A DNA stretch of 64,000 nt from Octopus vulgaris (GCA_951406725.2 OX597830.1:11036001-11100000); one strand, 5' to 3'; positions 14,747 through 29,354 are shown, counted from the stretch's first letter. Notes: generated by a model not told the origin, from the sequence alone. Numbers and translations: made by a program.

Positions 14747-14824
14747 ATAAAATCGTTATTTAAAATACCGATCGTATCAAGTGGCCAGCACGGGAATAAA
14801 ATCCTTGTAGGTAATAATTATTAC

Positions 14825-15060
14825 TAAAATTATAATTAAGGATATCTAAAAGATACCACCATGCTAGAGATAGCAGTCAATACTTGACTCTAAAACCACA
14901 TCATTTATTCATACAGCACCAGAAGAAAAGACACATTTTTTTGCTAGTTTATTTGTCTTTTTGCCTTTTCTCCTGGTGCTGTATGAATAGATGATGTGGT
15001 TTTAGAGTCAAGTTTCCACTGCTACCTCTAGCATGGCGGTTTCTTTTAGATACCCTTAAT

Positions 15061-15070
<10 letters not shown>
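14825..15070. repeat. Long inverted repeat (~110-bp arms, ~25-nt spacer)
   Basis: taaaattataattaagg..cttgactctaaaaccacatcat..catacagcaccag pairs with ctggtgctgtatgaatagatgatgtggttttagagtcaag..ccttaattataatttta. Confidence 0.85.
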
Positions 15071-15114
<44 letters not shown>

Positions 15115-15396
15115 TAAAAACGGCAAGATAACAAAAGAAAGAAAGAGACCTCAATATTATGTAAATAGAGGAAATTTATCTATAAAATAATAAGTACAAT
15201 TACTCAATAGTCAAAATAAAACTCTGAGTTTCAGATGCCGAAGTGGAAATTCACAACACCATCTCTTCGGTTATCTGGCCATCTGAAAAACGCTATGAAA
15301 AAATACCGTTATATAAAGGGAAATTACTGTGTTATAATTCTGCTACTTATATATACATACATACATATATATGTATACATACATACATACATACTT

Positions 15397-15461
<65 letters not shown>

Positions 15462-15629
15462 ACCTCATAGATCTAACGTGTTGATACAAGAGATGGTTAA
15501 ACTCTGTATAAGGAGTAGCCAGCCTCCATCCGGACAAAGACTGGGATTTGCAGCAAATTTTCATTCTATGTTTACACGTGTTTCATTACAATATTGGAAA
15601 TAAGTTTTATGAATCTAAATATTAATATT

Positions 15630-15988
15630 AACAAGAGCACTCAAAGAGCGCAAACCTCCGCCAAAGCAGCACCAACGTCCTCTCAACAATTAGCCAGAGA
15701 TGATTTTTAAAATGAGAATATCTTAAATGAATTCGACTGCTCTCGCGAACGAAAATACTAAAAATGAACTCGACCGCTCTCAAAACTATTTTTAACAAAA
15801 CAGGAAAACTAATCCAGAATCCTTGTCCGGTATCAGACAATCTTATCAGTTCGTGTTAGTCACGAGGCCAAACATCCTTGGAAGTTTCATCCGAATCCAT
15901 CGAGCGATTCTTGAGATATCTTGTCCACGGACAAACAAACAAACACGACTGAAAACAATATCGCCACTTTCGCTAAGGCGGAGCTAAT
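15630..15988. mobile_element. Helentron-type non-autonomous element (HINE/DINE-1-like), with an inverted partial copy at 16080-16205
   Basis: Subterminal inverted repeats cctccgccaa / taaggcggag and internal (CAAA)n; 15830-15960 is reverse-complementary to 16080-16205. Confidence 0.6.
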
Positions 15989-16227
15989 AATATCATGAAT
16001 ATATACAAAGTCATAATAGAAACAGAAATACATGTATAAGCATATTGAGCATCTCCCAACTGTAAACCTTCAGACATAAATTGTTTTCAGGCGTGTTTGC
16101 TTGTTTGTTTGTCCGTGGACAAGATATCTCAAGAACCGCTGAATGGATTCGGATGACTTTCAGGAATGTTTGGCGTTGTGACTGACACGATCTGAGTAGA
16201 TTTTAAGATCGATCAGGTACCGGATCG

Positions 16228-16641
16228 ATATCAAGATCAACACCGCATGACTTTGCAGGTGCGTCCCAGATAGAATTCTCTTCTGATCAAGTAACCCATC
16301 CCGCTCAAAAGGTCCCTGAAAAAGGACTGATTAAGGATGTTGAACGAAACACCATGTTTTCAGAGGTGAATTATTTCAAGCTCCAAAGAATTCCTCTCAA
16401 CACATGGCTATGATGCTCTCCCACTACTTCTGCTCGTGATCAGAGATGCACATATCGTCAGTCGCTAATGGACATGCTCAAATGGTTACGGTCAAACAAC
16501 TGACAAGCAAATATGTGGTATTGAGCAGAATATTTGCTGTAGCCCATCTTTTATACCAAGACAAAACAATGTACATGTTAACACCTCCAATCAGTTAAGA
16601 TCAGAAGCCATGGGAGCCAGTGCTTCGTATTGCAACAGGGC

Positions 16642-16645
<4 letters not shown>
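16228..16645. mobile_element. Inverted partial copy of the (TAA)n-associated element
   Basis: Reverse complement of 13794-14195. Confidence 0.85.
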
Positions 16646-16705
<60 letters not shown>

Positions 16706-16707
16706 GG

Positions 16708-16925
16708 AAGGCGGCGAGCCACCAGAATCGTTAGCACGCTGGACGAAATGTTTAGCGGTATTACGCCCGTCGCTACGTTCTGAGTTCAAATTCTGTCGAG
16801 GTCGACTTAGCCTTTCATCCTTTCGGGGTCGATAAATTAAGAACCAGTTGAACACTGAGGTCGAAGTAATCGACTCATCCCCTCTCCCAAAATTGCTGCC
16901 CTTGTGGCAAAATTTGAAACCATTA
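16708..16925 (+). mobile_element. SINE family A with ATT-ending tail
   Basis: Head and core as at 1568; tail cccaaaattgctgcccttgtggcaaaatttgaaacc(att)n. Confidence 0.85.
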
Positions 16926-17148
16926 TTATTATTATTATTATTATTATTTTTTCTTCTTCTTTCAAATTTGCTTCCATTTCTTGCCGAGTGTCTTCCCGAC
17001 TCCTAGGGCAAAGAAACTCATAGTATACATTGGTAGGCCATTAAACTAAACTCACTAGTTCGTTCTTTTTTTTTTATAGAAATAAAGTTAAATTAAAATA
17101 CATGGGTAGTAATATTATTATTATTATTATTATCATTATTGTTATTAC

Positions 17149-17206
<58 letters not shown>

Positions 17207-17582
17207 GAGTGAGAGAGCAATGCACACTATCAAAGTGACACTGGTGTACAAATATACGAAGTCCCGTATAACCATCATGACTACCCGTCTGATAAGGATA
17301 CACCAGGCACATGCCCCACAACCATGTGCACGCGACTTGGTGATCTCATATCAAAGTAAACAGCGCATAATGCATTTCACTTATTTTAATGATACATGAG
17401 TAATACAGAATTAAAATGATACCACATATCCCAGTCTTTAATAAATATTCTGCAAATATTATAAGTTACTAGGAATATATGGATGATTTTCTCACTTAAA
17501 ATCTAAGCTCTCATATAGACATTTGATTACTGGAATACGTAGTAATTTGCTTCACACGGACATTATAAGCCTTGCTACATGG

Positions 17583-17622
<40 letters not shown>

Positions 17623-17623
17623 A

Positions 17624-17852
17624 GACAATTATTCGGTTTCCAAAATAAGACTCCGAATTTCGGATGCTGGGGCGGAGATCTGCTCCGTCATCTCTTCAGT
17701 TACCGAGCCGCAGCAGGTTTCTGCCCCGACATCCGAAACTCGGAGTCTTATTTATGGCTACCGAATAATTGTCACATATTACATTTACAGATAAATTCCT
17801 CTATTTACATAATATCGAGGTCTCTTTCATTCTTCTGTTGTCTTACCATTAG

Positions 17853-17857
<5 letters not shown>
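17624..17857. mobile_element. Penelope-type pseudo-LTR fragment in inverted arrangement with hammerhead motif
   Basis: Arms 17624-17684 and 17712-17773 are inverted. Minus strand 17644-17703 reads taa-CTGAAGA-gatg..catcc-GAAAT-tcgga-GTC-tta. Ends in (TA)n. Homologous to 15111-15280 (minus). Confidence 0.65.
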
Positions 17858-17906
<49 letters not shown>

Positions 17907-18033
17907 CAAATCGAAAAGTAAAAACAACAAAACAGCAAAAATCAAAAGGACAAACACATGGAATGTATTAGGTTGATGCCCAGTATAAGATGGGAGATAG
18001 AGTGGGTGTGTAACGTTTCGAGCATGCCTCTTC

Positions 18034-18078
<45 letters not shown>

Positions 18079-18099
18079 TGTGTGTCTGTGTGTGTGTGT

Positions 18100-18175
<76 letters not shown>

Positions 18176-18949
18176 CTTGAATATCTTCAGAGTTGTGATT
18201 TCTTCCCAGAAATCATTTGAGTTTATTTTGTTTATTGTTTCTTGAATCCTCAACATTTTTCTGCCCCTGCAATCCTTTCACTGTACATATTCCTCTCAAA
18301 CATCCTCGGGTTTTGTTGCTGTTGCTGTTGCTGTTGTTGTTGTCGTTACGTTTCTACTGTTGCTGCTGTTGTGGCTACAATGAGATTTCATTTTGCTTTT
18401 AATTGCTTGCGAAAAAAATTGTTTTGGGGGCTTGGAAATGAGCTCTTTGTTTATATTGAAGGAAATTCCTGCCGCTTTTCACAACGACACATTCACCAAG
18501 GATTTCTTATTTTAAATGTTCATAAAAATTGTACCTCTTTTGTTATATTTCCGCAGTATTTTTCCTTCATCCATTTATTCCTCGATTCCATTAAGTACCA
18601 AGAGATCTTTTTGCTTGGTTCTTTCTCTGCGTCTCTGTATGTTTGTTTCCCACGATCGTAGCTCGGACTTGAACGTTTTTGTTTATTGTTTTTATTTTCT
18701 TCTGTTTCATACGAGAAATTTTTAGGAAGAAACCACTTTCTTTTGTGATTAATACAGCTGCTTCTTATCTTAATTAATCAATCTTAGCGATGTTGATGTT
18801 CACACCTGTCATTCGTATATCTAAGATGGTTCATTTTGGGTTCCTTACTATTATGATATTTGAGACACACTTTCGTTATTCTATCGGAAGAATCTTTATT
18901 GATTTTAATCTGAAAATTGTTTCCACATTTTGATTATTTTCATAATAGA

Positions 18950-19470
18950 CTTCTCCCACTTTTAGAATATATAAGAAACTATTCTCACCTTTAGACTGTT
19001 GCTGGGAAACTTCCACCTTTATTCTGTGTTAAAATTTCCACCTCCAGACTCTTGTTTAATTTCACCTGTATATTTCGTCACTTGTCATCGAGTTTTTACC
19101 TTTATACAATTGTAAATTTCCACAGACTGCTGTAATAAAATTTCCATCTCCACACTGTTTTCATGAGCTTTTCACTTTTAATCTGTTGCTATAAATTTTC
19201 TGCCTTTAGAGTAGTGCAATAAATTTTCCGCTTTTAGTCTAAATTAATAAAATTTCCACCTTTATACTATTGCCGTTATATTACTTCCATCACAGGTAAT
19301 AAAATTGTAATACGACTTCCACATTTAAACTTTTGTCATAAAATGTCAACATATAGACACTTGTCACAAATTTTCTCCTTCAGCGAACCGTAATGAAATT
19401 TCCACCTTTAGTGTACCTTAATGAAATTTCCACATTTCTTTTATAAAATTTCTACCTTTAGGATTTCCGT
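18950..19470. repeat. Degenerate minisatellite, ~28-30-bp unit (aaatttccacctttagactgttg)
   Basis: Motif aatttccacc(t)ttag recurs repeatedly across the interval. Confidence 0.75.
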
Positions 19471-20199
19471 ACTTTTTGCGCTTTAGATTTAAAGTACGCA
19501 TCCTCCAGTTTAATCTTGAACTAAATTATACGATTTTCTTTTTTCTTTTTTTACTTGGCATTGATTTTCAAAAATTAGTTATATATCTACATTGATGAAG
19601 GCGTGTTATAACTAAACGTTCAAAGACAGAGCAAGAGGAAGAGAGAAACAGATGGAGAGAAAGAGAGAGAGAGTGACAAAGAGAGAAAATGAGAGAGAGA
19701 GAGAGATTCGATACCACAGAAATCAGCGTACTAAACACTCAGTCGGTCTTAGGCATTTTGCTATGTCTTTATTCTGTAAACCGTTGAAAACGGTAGATTT
19801 GCGATGGATAGATATTGACTTAACTACCACAAAATGAAAATACTTTTCCTTTCAAGACTGGAGTTTTCCTTTATTTAGTAATTAACTAAATTATCTGTTA
19901 AGTTTATCAATTTGTGTTGCCGAAACAGATATTGTTGTATTTCGAGATGGTCTTTTTCTTTTTTACCAAATAAACACATGCACGTTTCTGAAGAACGAAT
20001 ATACAGTGCGTGTGTTTATTTTGCAAAAAAGAAACAGAACATCCCAAAATACAACAGTATAATATCTGAATTAACTGTGTTGGTGTTAGTGTTTGTATTT
20101 AAAGTTTTCTTATGTAGAATGGAATAGTTTTAGGACTGAAACGTGGTTTTCTGCAACTCTAGTTTCATGGCGCTGTGATCTTATATATATATAGAGAGA

Positions 20200-20830
20200 G
20201 CAGTGGAAGAATATTATTTTCTCGGATGAGTCATCCTTTACCTTATTTCCAGCCGAGTATACGTGTGGAGACAGCCAAAAGAAGCATTTGATCCAGACTA
20301 CCTTCTTCCAACTGTTAAACATGGAGAACGATCTGTGATGATCTGGGAGGCTATATCTTGGAAATCTGCTGGCCCAATGGTTTCCCTTCATAGCAGAATT
20401 AATAGACAAAACTAGTTAAGCATTTTATTTGATCAAATTCATCCTATGGTTGCGGAACTGTTTCCGGGGGAAAACACAATCTTCCAGAATGATAATGCAC
20501 CAATTCACACAGCTAAAGTTGTTACTGAATGGTACGAATAACATTCTAGTGAAATTGAACATCATATCTGGTCACCACAGTCCCCAGGTCTCAATATTAT
20601 TGAACATTTATGGTGCATTTTAGGAAAACAAGTAAAGAGTCGATATCCTCCACCATCATCACTACAAGAACTGGAGACTGTTTTAGCTGAACAAGAGACA
20701 AATATTCCTTTGGATACAATTCAAACTTGTACGAGTCCATACCTCGTAGAATTCAAGCTGTAATTACTGCCAAAGGCGGTCCTACCCCATATTAGAATAA
20801 ATTTGTTTGAAATTTTATGGTGTTTCCAAG
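20200..20830 (+). mobile_element. Tc1-like transposase remnant (DDE region), degenerate
   Basis: Reads [79 protein letters not shown], with stops and frameshifts. Confidence 0.9.
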
Positions 20831-20876
20831 CCACTAAACCTTTTCCTGTTTTCTATCCCTATTTATTTCTATGTTC

Positions 20877-20912
20877 CTTTCTGATGAAGAGCGTAGGCTC
20901 GAAACGTAAAAG
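20877..20912 (+). ncRNA. Minimal type I hammerhead ribozyme (Penelope-type), core intact
   Basis: cttt-CTGATGA-a-gagc gtag gctc-GAAAC-GTA-aaag: stem I cttt/aaag, stem II gagc/gctc, loopless palindromic stem III ACGT. Related copies at 18012-18038 (-) and 49010-49030. Confidence 0.72.
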
Positions 20913-20997
20913 ACTCTCACTTCCCGAGCGTTAGACTAATATATCTGTTTGTTGTTTACACACACGTCTTCGTCTTTTGTTTTTTTGTAAATTCTCA

Positions 20998-21621
<624 letters not shown>

Positions 21622-22295
21622 GCATATATGTATATATGTATTTGTTTACATGTATGTACGCATTCTATTTTGCAATTTTCATATATTTATGGAATATATT
21701 GGGCGCCATAAAAGTAGACAGCTTTTCAAAATCAGTCGATTTTTCAAGAACTTTGTAATTCTTCTGTCGCCTGATGGATTAGCTGAAACTGAGAACTGGG
21801 ACCAAAATGTCTTTGGCCCTCGTGACCAAAACTATATTATTATTATTATTATTATCATCATCATGATCATTATTATTATCATCATTATTATTATTATCAA
21901 TATTATAACTACTCATTATTATTATTGTTATTTTTGTTGTTTTGTTGTTCTTATTCCCTTTTGTGTTGTCCTCTTCGCCGTGAGTCCACGTGGCCAACAA
22001 AAAAACCTTTTACCAACGTCGTCGTCTTCATTGTCACCGACATCATCGTTTTTATCATCATCACCAACCCCGTTTGAATTACTGCTACAACCCATTCGAG
22101 AGGCTTCCGAACAGTTTCTAACAACCGAACTTTTACTCGTAAGTCTTGGGTGGGGGTCGTGATTACGGTAAATGTGGGCGTGGGGTGTCTGCGAGTACAT
22201 CCGGAAGTAATTTTACGTTGATTTCTATATGTGTGTATGCATGTGTAAATACGAATACGTATATGTGTGTATGTATATATGTGCGTGTGTGTTTG

Positions 22296-22620
22296 TGGTT
22301 AGGGCAGCGGACTCGCGGTCGTAATATCGCGGTTTCGATTCCCAGACCGGGCGTTGTGAGTGTTTATTGAGCGAAAACACCTAAAAGCTCCACGAGACTC
22401 CGGCTGGGAGTTGGGACGAACCCTGCTCTACTCTTTCACCCCAACTTTCTCTTACTCTTTCTTCCTTGTCACACACTATGTCACGCTGAATCTCCCCAAG
22501 AACTACGTTAGGTACACGTGTCTGTGGAGTACTCAGCCACTTGCACGTTAATTTCACGAGCAGGTTGTTTTCCGTTGATCGGATCAACTGGAACACTCGT
22601 CGTCGTAACTGACGGAGTGC
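22296..22620 (+). mobile_element. SINE family C
   Basis: gtggttagggcagcggactcgcggtc...gtcgtcgtaactgacggagtg. Confidence 0.85.
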
Positions 22621-22623
22621 CAC

Positions 22624-22693
<70 letters not shown>

Positions 22694-22695
22694 GC

Positions 22696-22732
<37 letters not shown>

Positions 22733-22734
22733 TA

Positions 22735-23510
22735 TACTCTCTTTTACTCTTTTACTTATTTCAGTCATTTGACTGCGGCCATGCTGGAGCACCGCCTTTA
22801 GTCGAGCAAATCGACACCGGGACTTATTCTTTGTAAACCCAGTACTTATTCTATCGGTCTCTTTTTCAGAATCGCTAAATGACGGGGACGTAAATACACC
22901 AGCATCGGTTGTCAAGCAATGCTAGGGGGACAAACACACACACACAAACACACACATATATATATATACATATATACGACAGGCTTCTTTCAGTTTCCGT
23001 CTACCAAATCCACTCACAAGGCATTGGTCGGCCCGGGGCCATAGCAGAAGACACTTGCCCAAGATGCCACGCAGTGGGACTGAACCCGGAACCATGTGGT
23101 TGGTTAGCAAGCTACTTACCACACAGCCACTCCTGCGCCTATATATATTCTTTTATTTTTTCCTTTTTTTATCCATTTTACTGCAGCCATGATGGAGCAC
23201 CGCCTTTGGGAGTTTTAGCCGAGCAAATCGACCCCAGGACTTATTTTTAAGCCTAGTACATAGATACATAAGCCTAAGATACGGGGATGTAAACACACCA
23301 GCATCGGTTGTCACGTGGTGATGGGGTAACAAATACAAACACAAAGACACACACACAGATATATATATATATATATACGGCGAGCTTCTTTCAGTTTCTG
23401 TCTACCAAATCCACTCACGAGGCTTTGGTCGGTCCGAACCTATTGCAGAAGCAGTGGGATTGAACCTGGAACCATGTGGCTTGGAAGTAAGTTTCTTACC
23501 ACACAGGCAG
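22735..23510 (-). mobile_element. Two adjacent SINE family B copies
   Basis: Reverse complements of the 10397 family at 22735-23140 and ~23150-23510. Confidence 0.85.
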
Positions 23511-23512
23511 GC

Positions 23513-23552
<40 letters not shown>

Positions 23553-23578
23553 TCACACACACACTCACACACACAAAT

Positions 23579-23609
<31 letters not shown>

Positions 23610-23714
23610 TATCTTTGCATACATATGTTCTGTACATTGCTTTCTATGTGTGTGTGTGTGTGTGTGCGTGTGTGTGTTTGTGTGTGTGTGCGTGTGTGTG
23701 TGCGTGTGCGTGTT

Positions 23715-23830
<116 letters not shown>

Positions 23831-23903
23831 TATATGTTTTGCATTTTATATTTTTACCTTATTTTCCGTGAGAATAAAACATGTGGAGTCCTACATTTTC
23901 ATA

Positions 23904-23962
<59 letters not shown>

Positions 23963-24528
23963 GCGCGCGCACGCACGCGCACACTCGCGCTCGCCATATT
24001 GATTTTAATCTTCAGTAAGAAAGATTTTACTCTTGATTTGGCGGAGGTCTGGGATGGCTGCAACGACATAGTGACGTCCTCAGTCATAGTGAAGGAAGGT
24101 GGCGGCGGCGATGGTGGCGGCGGTGTCGGCGGCGGCGACAACGGTGTTGTTGCTATTTTTGCTGCTGTTGTTGTTGTTGTTGTTGGTGGTGGTGGTCGTC
24201 GTCGTCGTCGTGGTTTCACTCTTGTTTTGGTTTCACTCTAGTTAAATTGTGACCGGATACACCTGGTTAATACGTACCATGCTTTCGCTAATTGCTTTAG
24301 GTGCCTGGGTAGTCACGAAGAGAAACACACTTTGAGTATCCTCTCACCTTTGACCTAAAAGGGATAACCATCATATGACTGCTATCCATTATAAACCAGT
24401 CCTCTGCAACCTTTTTTCATTTGCAGTACACTTATATTCTTTCAAAATTCGGCGGCACACCTGATTTGAAAAATATAAAAGTATAGGGGGAAAAAAATAT
24501 TCAGGTTACACTGCGGCACACCATGCCC

Positions 24529-24775
24529 GTGGGCATATGGCGTAGTGGTTAAGAGAGCGGACTACTAACTCCAAGATTCCGAGTTCGATTCCAAGCAGTG
24601 ACATGAATAATGATATAAAAAGAAGAAGAATATCGTAAAATACCTTAGGAATGGGAACCCAGGTTCGAAATTTCACCCAAGACCCCTGATGAAGGCTGGA
24701 GGGTATATCACCCGAAACGTTCTGTTAATAACAAACAAAATGAGGACAAATATCCGTCAAATGTAAATAATGTAC
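24529..24775 (+). mobile_element. tRNA-headed SINE with a tandem hammerhead-like (Penelope-type) 3' module
   Basis: A-box TGGCGTAGTGG (24538-48) and B-box GAGTTCGATTCC (24581-92); then CTTAGGA..gaac ccag gttc-GAAAT (24644-71) and CTGATGA-a-ggctg..caccc-GAAAC-GTT (24686-721). Confidence 0.65.
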
Positions 24776-24787
24776 CATATCTCTCTC

Positions 24788-24872
<85 letters not shown>

Positions 24873-25086
24873 GTGTGTTGTTATTCTTTAATTTATTTCA
24901 GTCATTTGACTGCGGCCATGCTGGAGCACCGCCTTTAGTCGAGCAAATCGACCCGCGCACTTATTCGTTGTAAGCTTAGTATTTATTCTATCGGACTCTT
25001 TTGCTGAACAGCTAGCTTACAGGGACGTAAGCACACCAACATCGGTTGTCAAACGATGGTGGGAGAACAGAGAGACATACAAATAC

Positions 25087-25122
<36 letters not shown>

Positions 25123-25341
25123 TGTGTGTATGTATGTATGTATGTATGTATGTATGTATGTATGTATGTATGTGTATATGTATGTATATGTACATATGTG
25201 TGTATGCATATCTGTACCAATATATATACATACACACATTCATGCACACATACATACATACATACACGCACACACACATGATATATAAATAGTATATACA
25301 TGTGTATATGCCCAAAGAAAGTGAAAGTGATAGACAGACAA

Positions 25342-25458
<117 letters not shown>

Positions 25459-25463
25459 GAGAG

Positions 25464-25532
<69 letters not shown>

Positions 25533-26589
25533 TGTTTCTTTATTAGCCACACAGGGCTGAACACAGAGGGGACAAATACAAATGTAGAGCTTTTCTTTTC
25601 GAAAATGAAAAAAAGGGAAAAAATGCGAAAAAAAGTAAAATTCTGATCAAAAGGGATCGGGGAAAATAAAAGGCGATGAAATGGGCTCGTGTATCACAGA
25701 AGAATTTTTAAAATGTAAAAAGCAAGTGCTCCCTCTCTCTCTCTTTTCGATTTACAGGATCATGCTCAAAGTGGTTTCGTCACTTGCACACAGCATCTCT
25801 GCTACATTCCCCCACCTTTTTTAGAAACTTTCACGAGACAAAACCTACCTCTCCATTCTCACCTTCCTTTTCAAGTGGTACTTGAAAAAGTTGATGATCG
25901 AATGGCCAGAGAGATAAGTGTTTGTCTCTAATCCTCGCTCGAGTCCGCCACATATTTCTTACCATGGTCACCAGTACGATGAAGACTGCCTTGCCTTCTC
26001 GGTTGAGGAAAGGTGGCGGAGCAATAAACGCGATAGACTCGGCCGACAGGCGGACTCGTCCCACACGCGACAGCAGCCGTTCGGCATTAGCCCACAGGTC
26101 CGTGCGTGCAGAACGGTTTCGTCGCGCTGACCGCATCTCGGGCAAGTCGGTCCAGTGTGTCTGGAACCGTGTCTGTAGAGCTTATCCCGAACAGGTAATG
26201 CTCCTCGATAGCACTGCCAGACCAGGGGTCTTTGGTGATTGTCCATAGGTCCCGGTCCGAAAGTTATCCTGAACAGGCGGGTCAGGTGTTCCTCGTCGCA
26301 CCTCCCCTCCACTAATCCTTTATAGAACGCCTTTGTTGTAATGAAGTCGCACAAGTTGGGTCCCCAACGGCAGAGTTGCTTGAGAGCAACGTGACACTCG
26401 CAGTGCCATTCGCCTAACCTCGGTCTCTGTTTGATCCACGACTGCAGTTCGGCCAATGAGACGAACTGCAGGAAAGCGCGCCGCACAAACGACGACCACA
26501 CTTGTTCACCGTCGTCTATGAAGCGCCGGAGATGTCGCAGTTTCAGCGCATGTCTGTGCATCATCAACCACGGCATGCCTAGCCCTCCA
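25533..26589 (-). mobile_element. 5'-truncated Tx1/L1-clade LINE (ORF2 C-terminus with zinc-binding motif, plus 3' UTR), frameshifted
   Basis: GGLGMP..., WQCYRGALPVRDKLYRH..CPRCGQRDETVLHA; homologous to 49252-50297; 3' end runs into (TATC)n. Confidence 0.88.
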
Positions 26590-26938
26590 TACATACATAC
26601 ATAGACAAAGGGAGACAAACAGACAGACAGACAGACAGATAGACAAACGTTGGATATAATTTTAAACAACTATCTCGTTGTTCGTCGAGGGGAAAATAGA
26701 TGTGCATTTTTTTAGTAAATTGATGTAAAGTTGAGCAACAGATGGCGAATATGAGCAAAATGTTTGAGGATTATTACTGGGAAATCGAGAAATCCGCGTC
26801 AAAATTTAACTGCACAAAAATATACATATTTATTGTAATTCTTAATGCAGTTATGATCTCCTTTCCTTTCTCCGTTTCTCTATCTTCCTTACTCTTCCTT
26901 TCGCTCTCTCTCTCTCTCTCTCTCTCTAACACTTTTTC

Positions 26939-26979
<41 letters not shown>

Positions 26980-27348
26980 CTTTGTGTCTAGGTGTGTTTC
27001 TGTGCATCTACATAATATAAGAGTGTACACACTCACAAATAGGCATACACACACAAAAGGAGATACACACGCGCAGAAACATACATGTGTGTGTGTGTAT
27101 TCACATATATATGTGTGTGTATATATATATACATCTATATATAAATATACACACACATGCTTATAATAGATATATACACACACACATATATATGTATATA
27201 TATATGTAAATATATACATACATGTATATATACGTATATATATATACATACATGTATATATACGTATATATATATACACATACATGCATATATACGTATA
27301 TATATACACATACATGCATATATACGTATATATATATACACATACATG

Positions 27349-27402
<54 letters not shown>

Positions 27403-27555
27403 TATGTATACATATACATGCATGCATGTGTATATTTATATATACGTGTGTGTATGTATATATACACGCATATATATATGTGCGTGTATCACTTAATATC
27501 TATTTGTTTCAGTCATTGGACTGTGGCCATACTGTAGCACTGTTTTTTTTTTTTA

Positions 27556-28300
27556 CGAGAGGTAGTTATAACTCCCCTAGATTGTTGTAACACTAAGATG
27601 CCATTATTATACATCCAAGAAGCTGACCTGCCAACTCTTGTTATTCCAGACCGAGAGGAGACAGCTGTAACAGCCGTTTGAACCCACCTTGTTAAAACCT
27701 GCAGCCGGGACGTGAAGACAATTTGGTTGCTCGCTATGCTAAAAAGTTTTATGTTAAACTGGACGAAAATCCTACATAAAACCCTTAGAAATTCTCCTGA
27801 CTACTTAGTGATTAATTTTCATGACACAAAGGGCCAGGTAATATAAGTCCACGGAGAAGCTCATAATGGTCCCCTTTTTCGATAGCAAGGGCACCATTAC
27901 ATTCACTGGGAACCCTCTTGCCTGAAAGTCTAGAAAGAGTACTTTGTGGAAGTTCTAAGGGAGTTGAGGAAGAGATTTCGTCGCAAAAGACCAAATCTCA
28001 TGTACCGGGACACCGCAGAAAGTCTACAGTTCCACCCTGGTAAACAACTTCCTGACGGAGATGGGTATCAAAATTGTTCCTCGCCCTTCCTATATTCCAG
28101 ACCAAACTCTCTGTGATTTTTGGTTGTTCCTCAACATGAGAAAGAACTTCAGGTGCAACCATTTTGAAAACATTGAAAAGATTACGAAGGCTGCAACAAA
28201 GATCCTGGACGTTTTCACATTAGAGGATTTCCGACTGTGCTTTCAAAAAGTGGCTGCAACAAAGATATTGAAGTTAGAGATTAGAGTTTTATACATTTTT
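27556..28300 (+). mobile_element. mariner-like transposase remnant, degenerate
   Basis: MGIKIVPRPSYIPDQTLCDFWLFLNMRKNF resembles mariner PHPPYSPDLAPCDF.LF; boundaries approximate. Confidence 0.7.
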
Positions 28301-28646
28301 GGAATTAATAAATTCCAAATTTATTAATTCTAGAATAAGTTCTAGAATGCACGTTGTATCACGTGCACACACACACACATACACACACGTGTATTCATAT
28401 GTATGATATAAATGTGCGTGTGTGTATATATATATAAATATAGATATATGCATATATATACACACATACATAATATACATATATATATATATATGCATAT
28501 ATACATACACATATACATACATATATATACACATATGTATATATATACATACACACACATATATATATGCACGCACACCCATATATACACACACACATAC
28601 ACACACATACACACACACACACACACACACCATATATATATATATA

Positions 28647-28691
<45 letters not shown>

Positions 28692-28769
28692 TTCGACAGG
28701 TTTCGGCCAGTATTGGCCCAGGCCATATCTAACTTAATATCATCACCTGGCTGTGATAGAAGACGTAGG

Positions 28770-29116
28770 AGTGCCTGTCTGGTAAGTAGCTAGCTTACCA
28801 GCCACATGGTTCCGGATTTAGTACCACTACGTGGCACCTTAGGCAGGTGTCTTGGGCCGAACAAAGCCTTGTGAGTGCATTTGGTAGACGGGAACTGAAA
28901 GAAGCCGGTCGTGTATATGTGTTTGTGTGTGTGTGTGTCTACCATCGCTTGACAACCGATGTTGGTGTGTTCACGACCCCGTAACATAGCGGTTCGTCAA
29001 AAGAGACTGATAGAATAAGTACTAGGCTTACGAAGAATAAGTCCATGGGGTCTACTCGTTCGACTAAAGTGCGTTGCTCCAGTATGGCAGCAGTAAAATG
29101 ACTGAAACAAATAAAA

Positions 29117-29118
<2 letters not shown>
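28770..29118 (+). mobile_element. SINE family B, diverged
   Basis: Same head, internal (GT)n and tail as 10397. Confidence 0.8.
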
Positions 29119-29157
<39 letters not shown>

Positions 29158-29167
29158 ATATATACAT

Positions 29168-29252
<85 letters not shown>

Positions 29253-29256
29253 ATAA

Positions 29257-29320
<64 letters not shown>

Positions 29321-29322
29321 CA

Positions 29323-29354
<32 letters not shown>

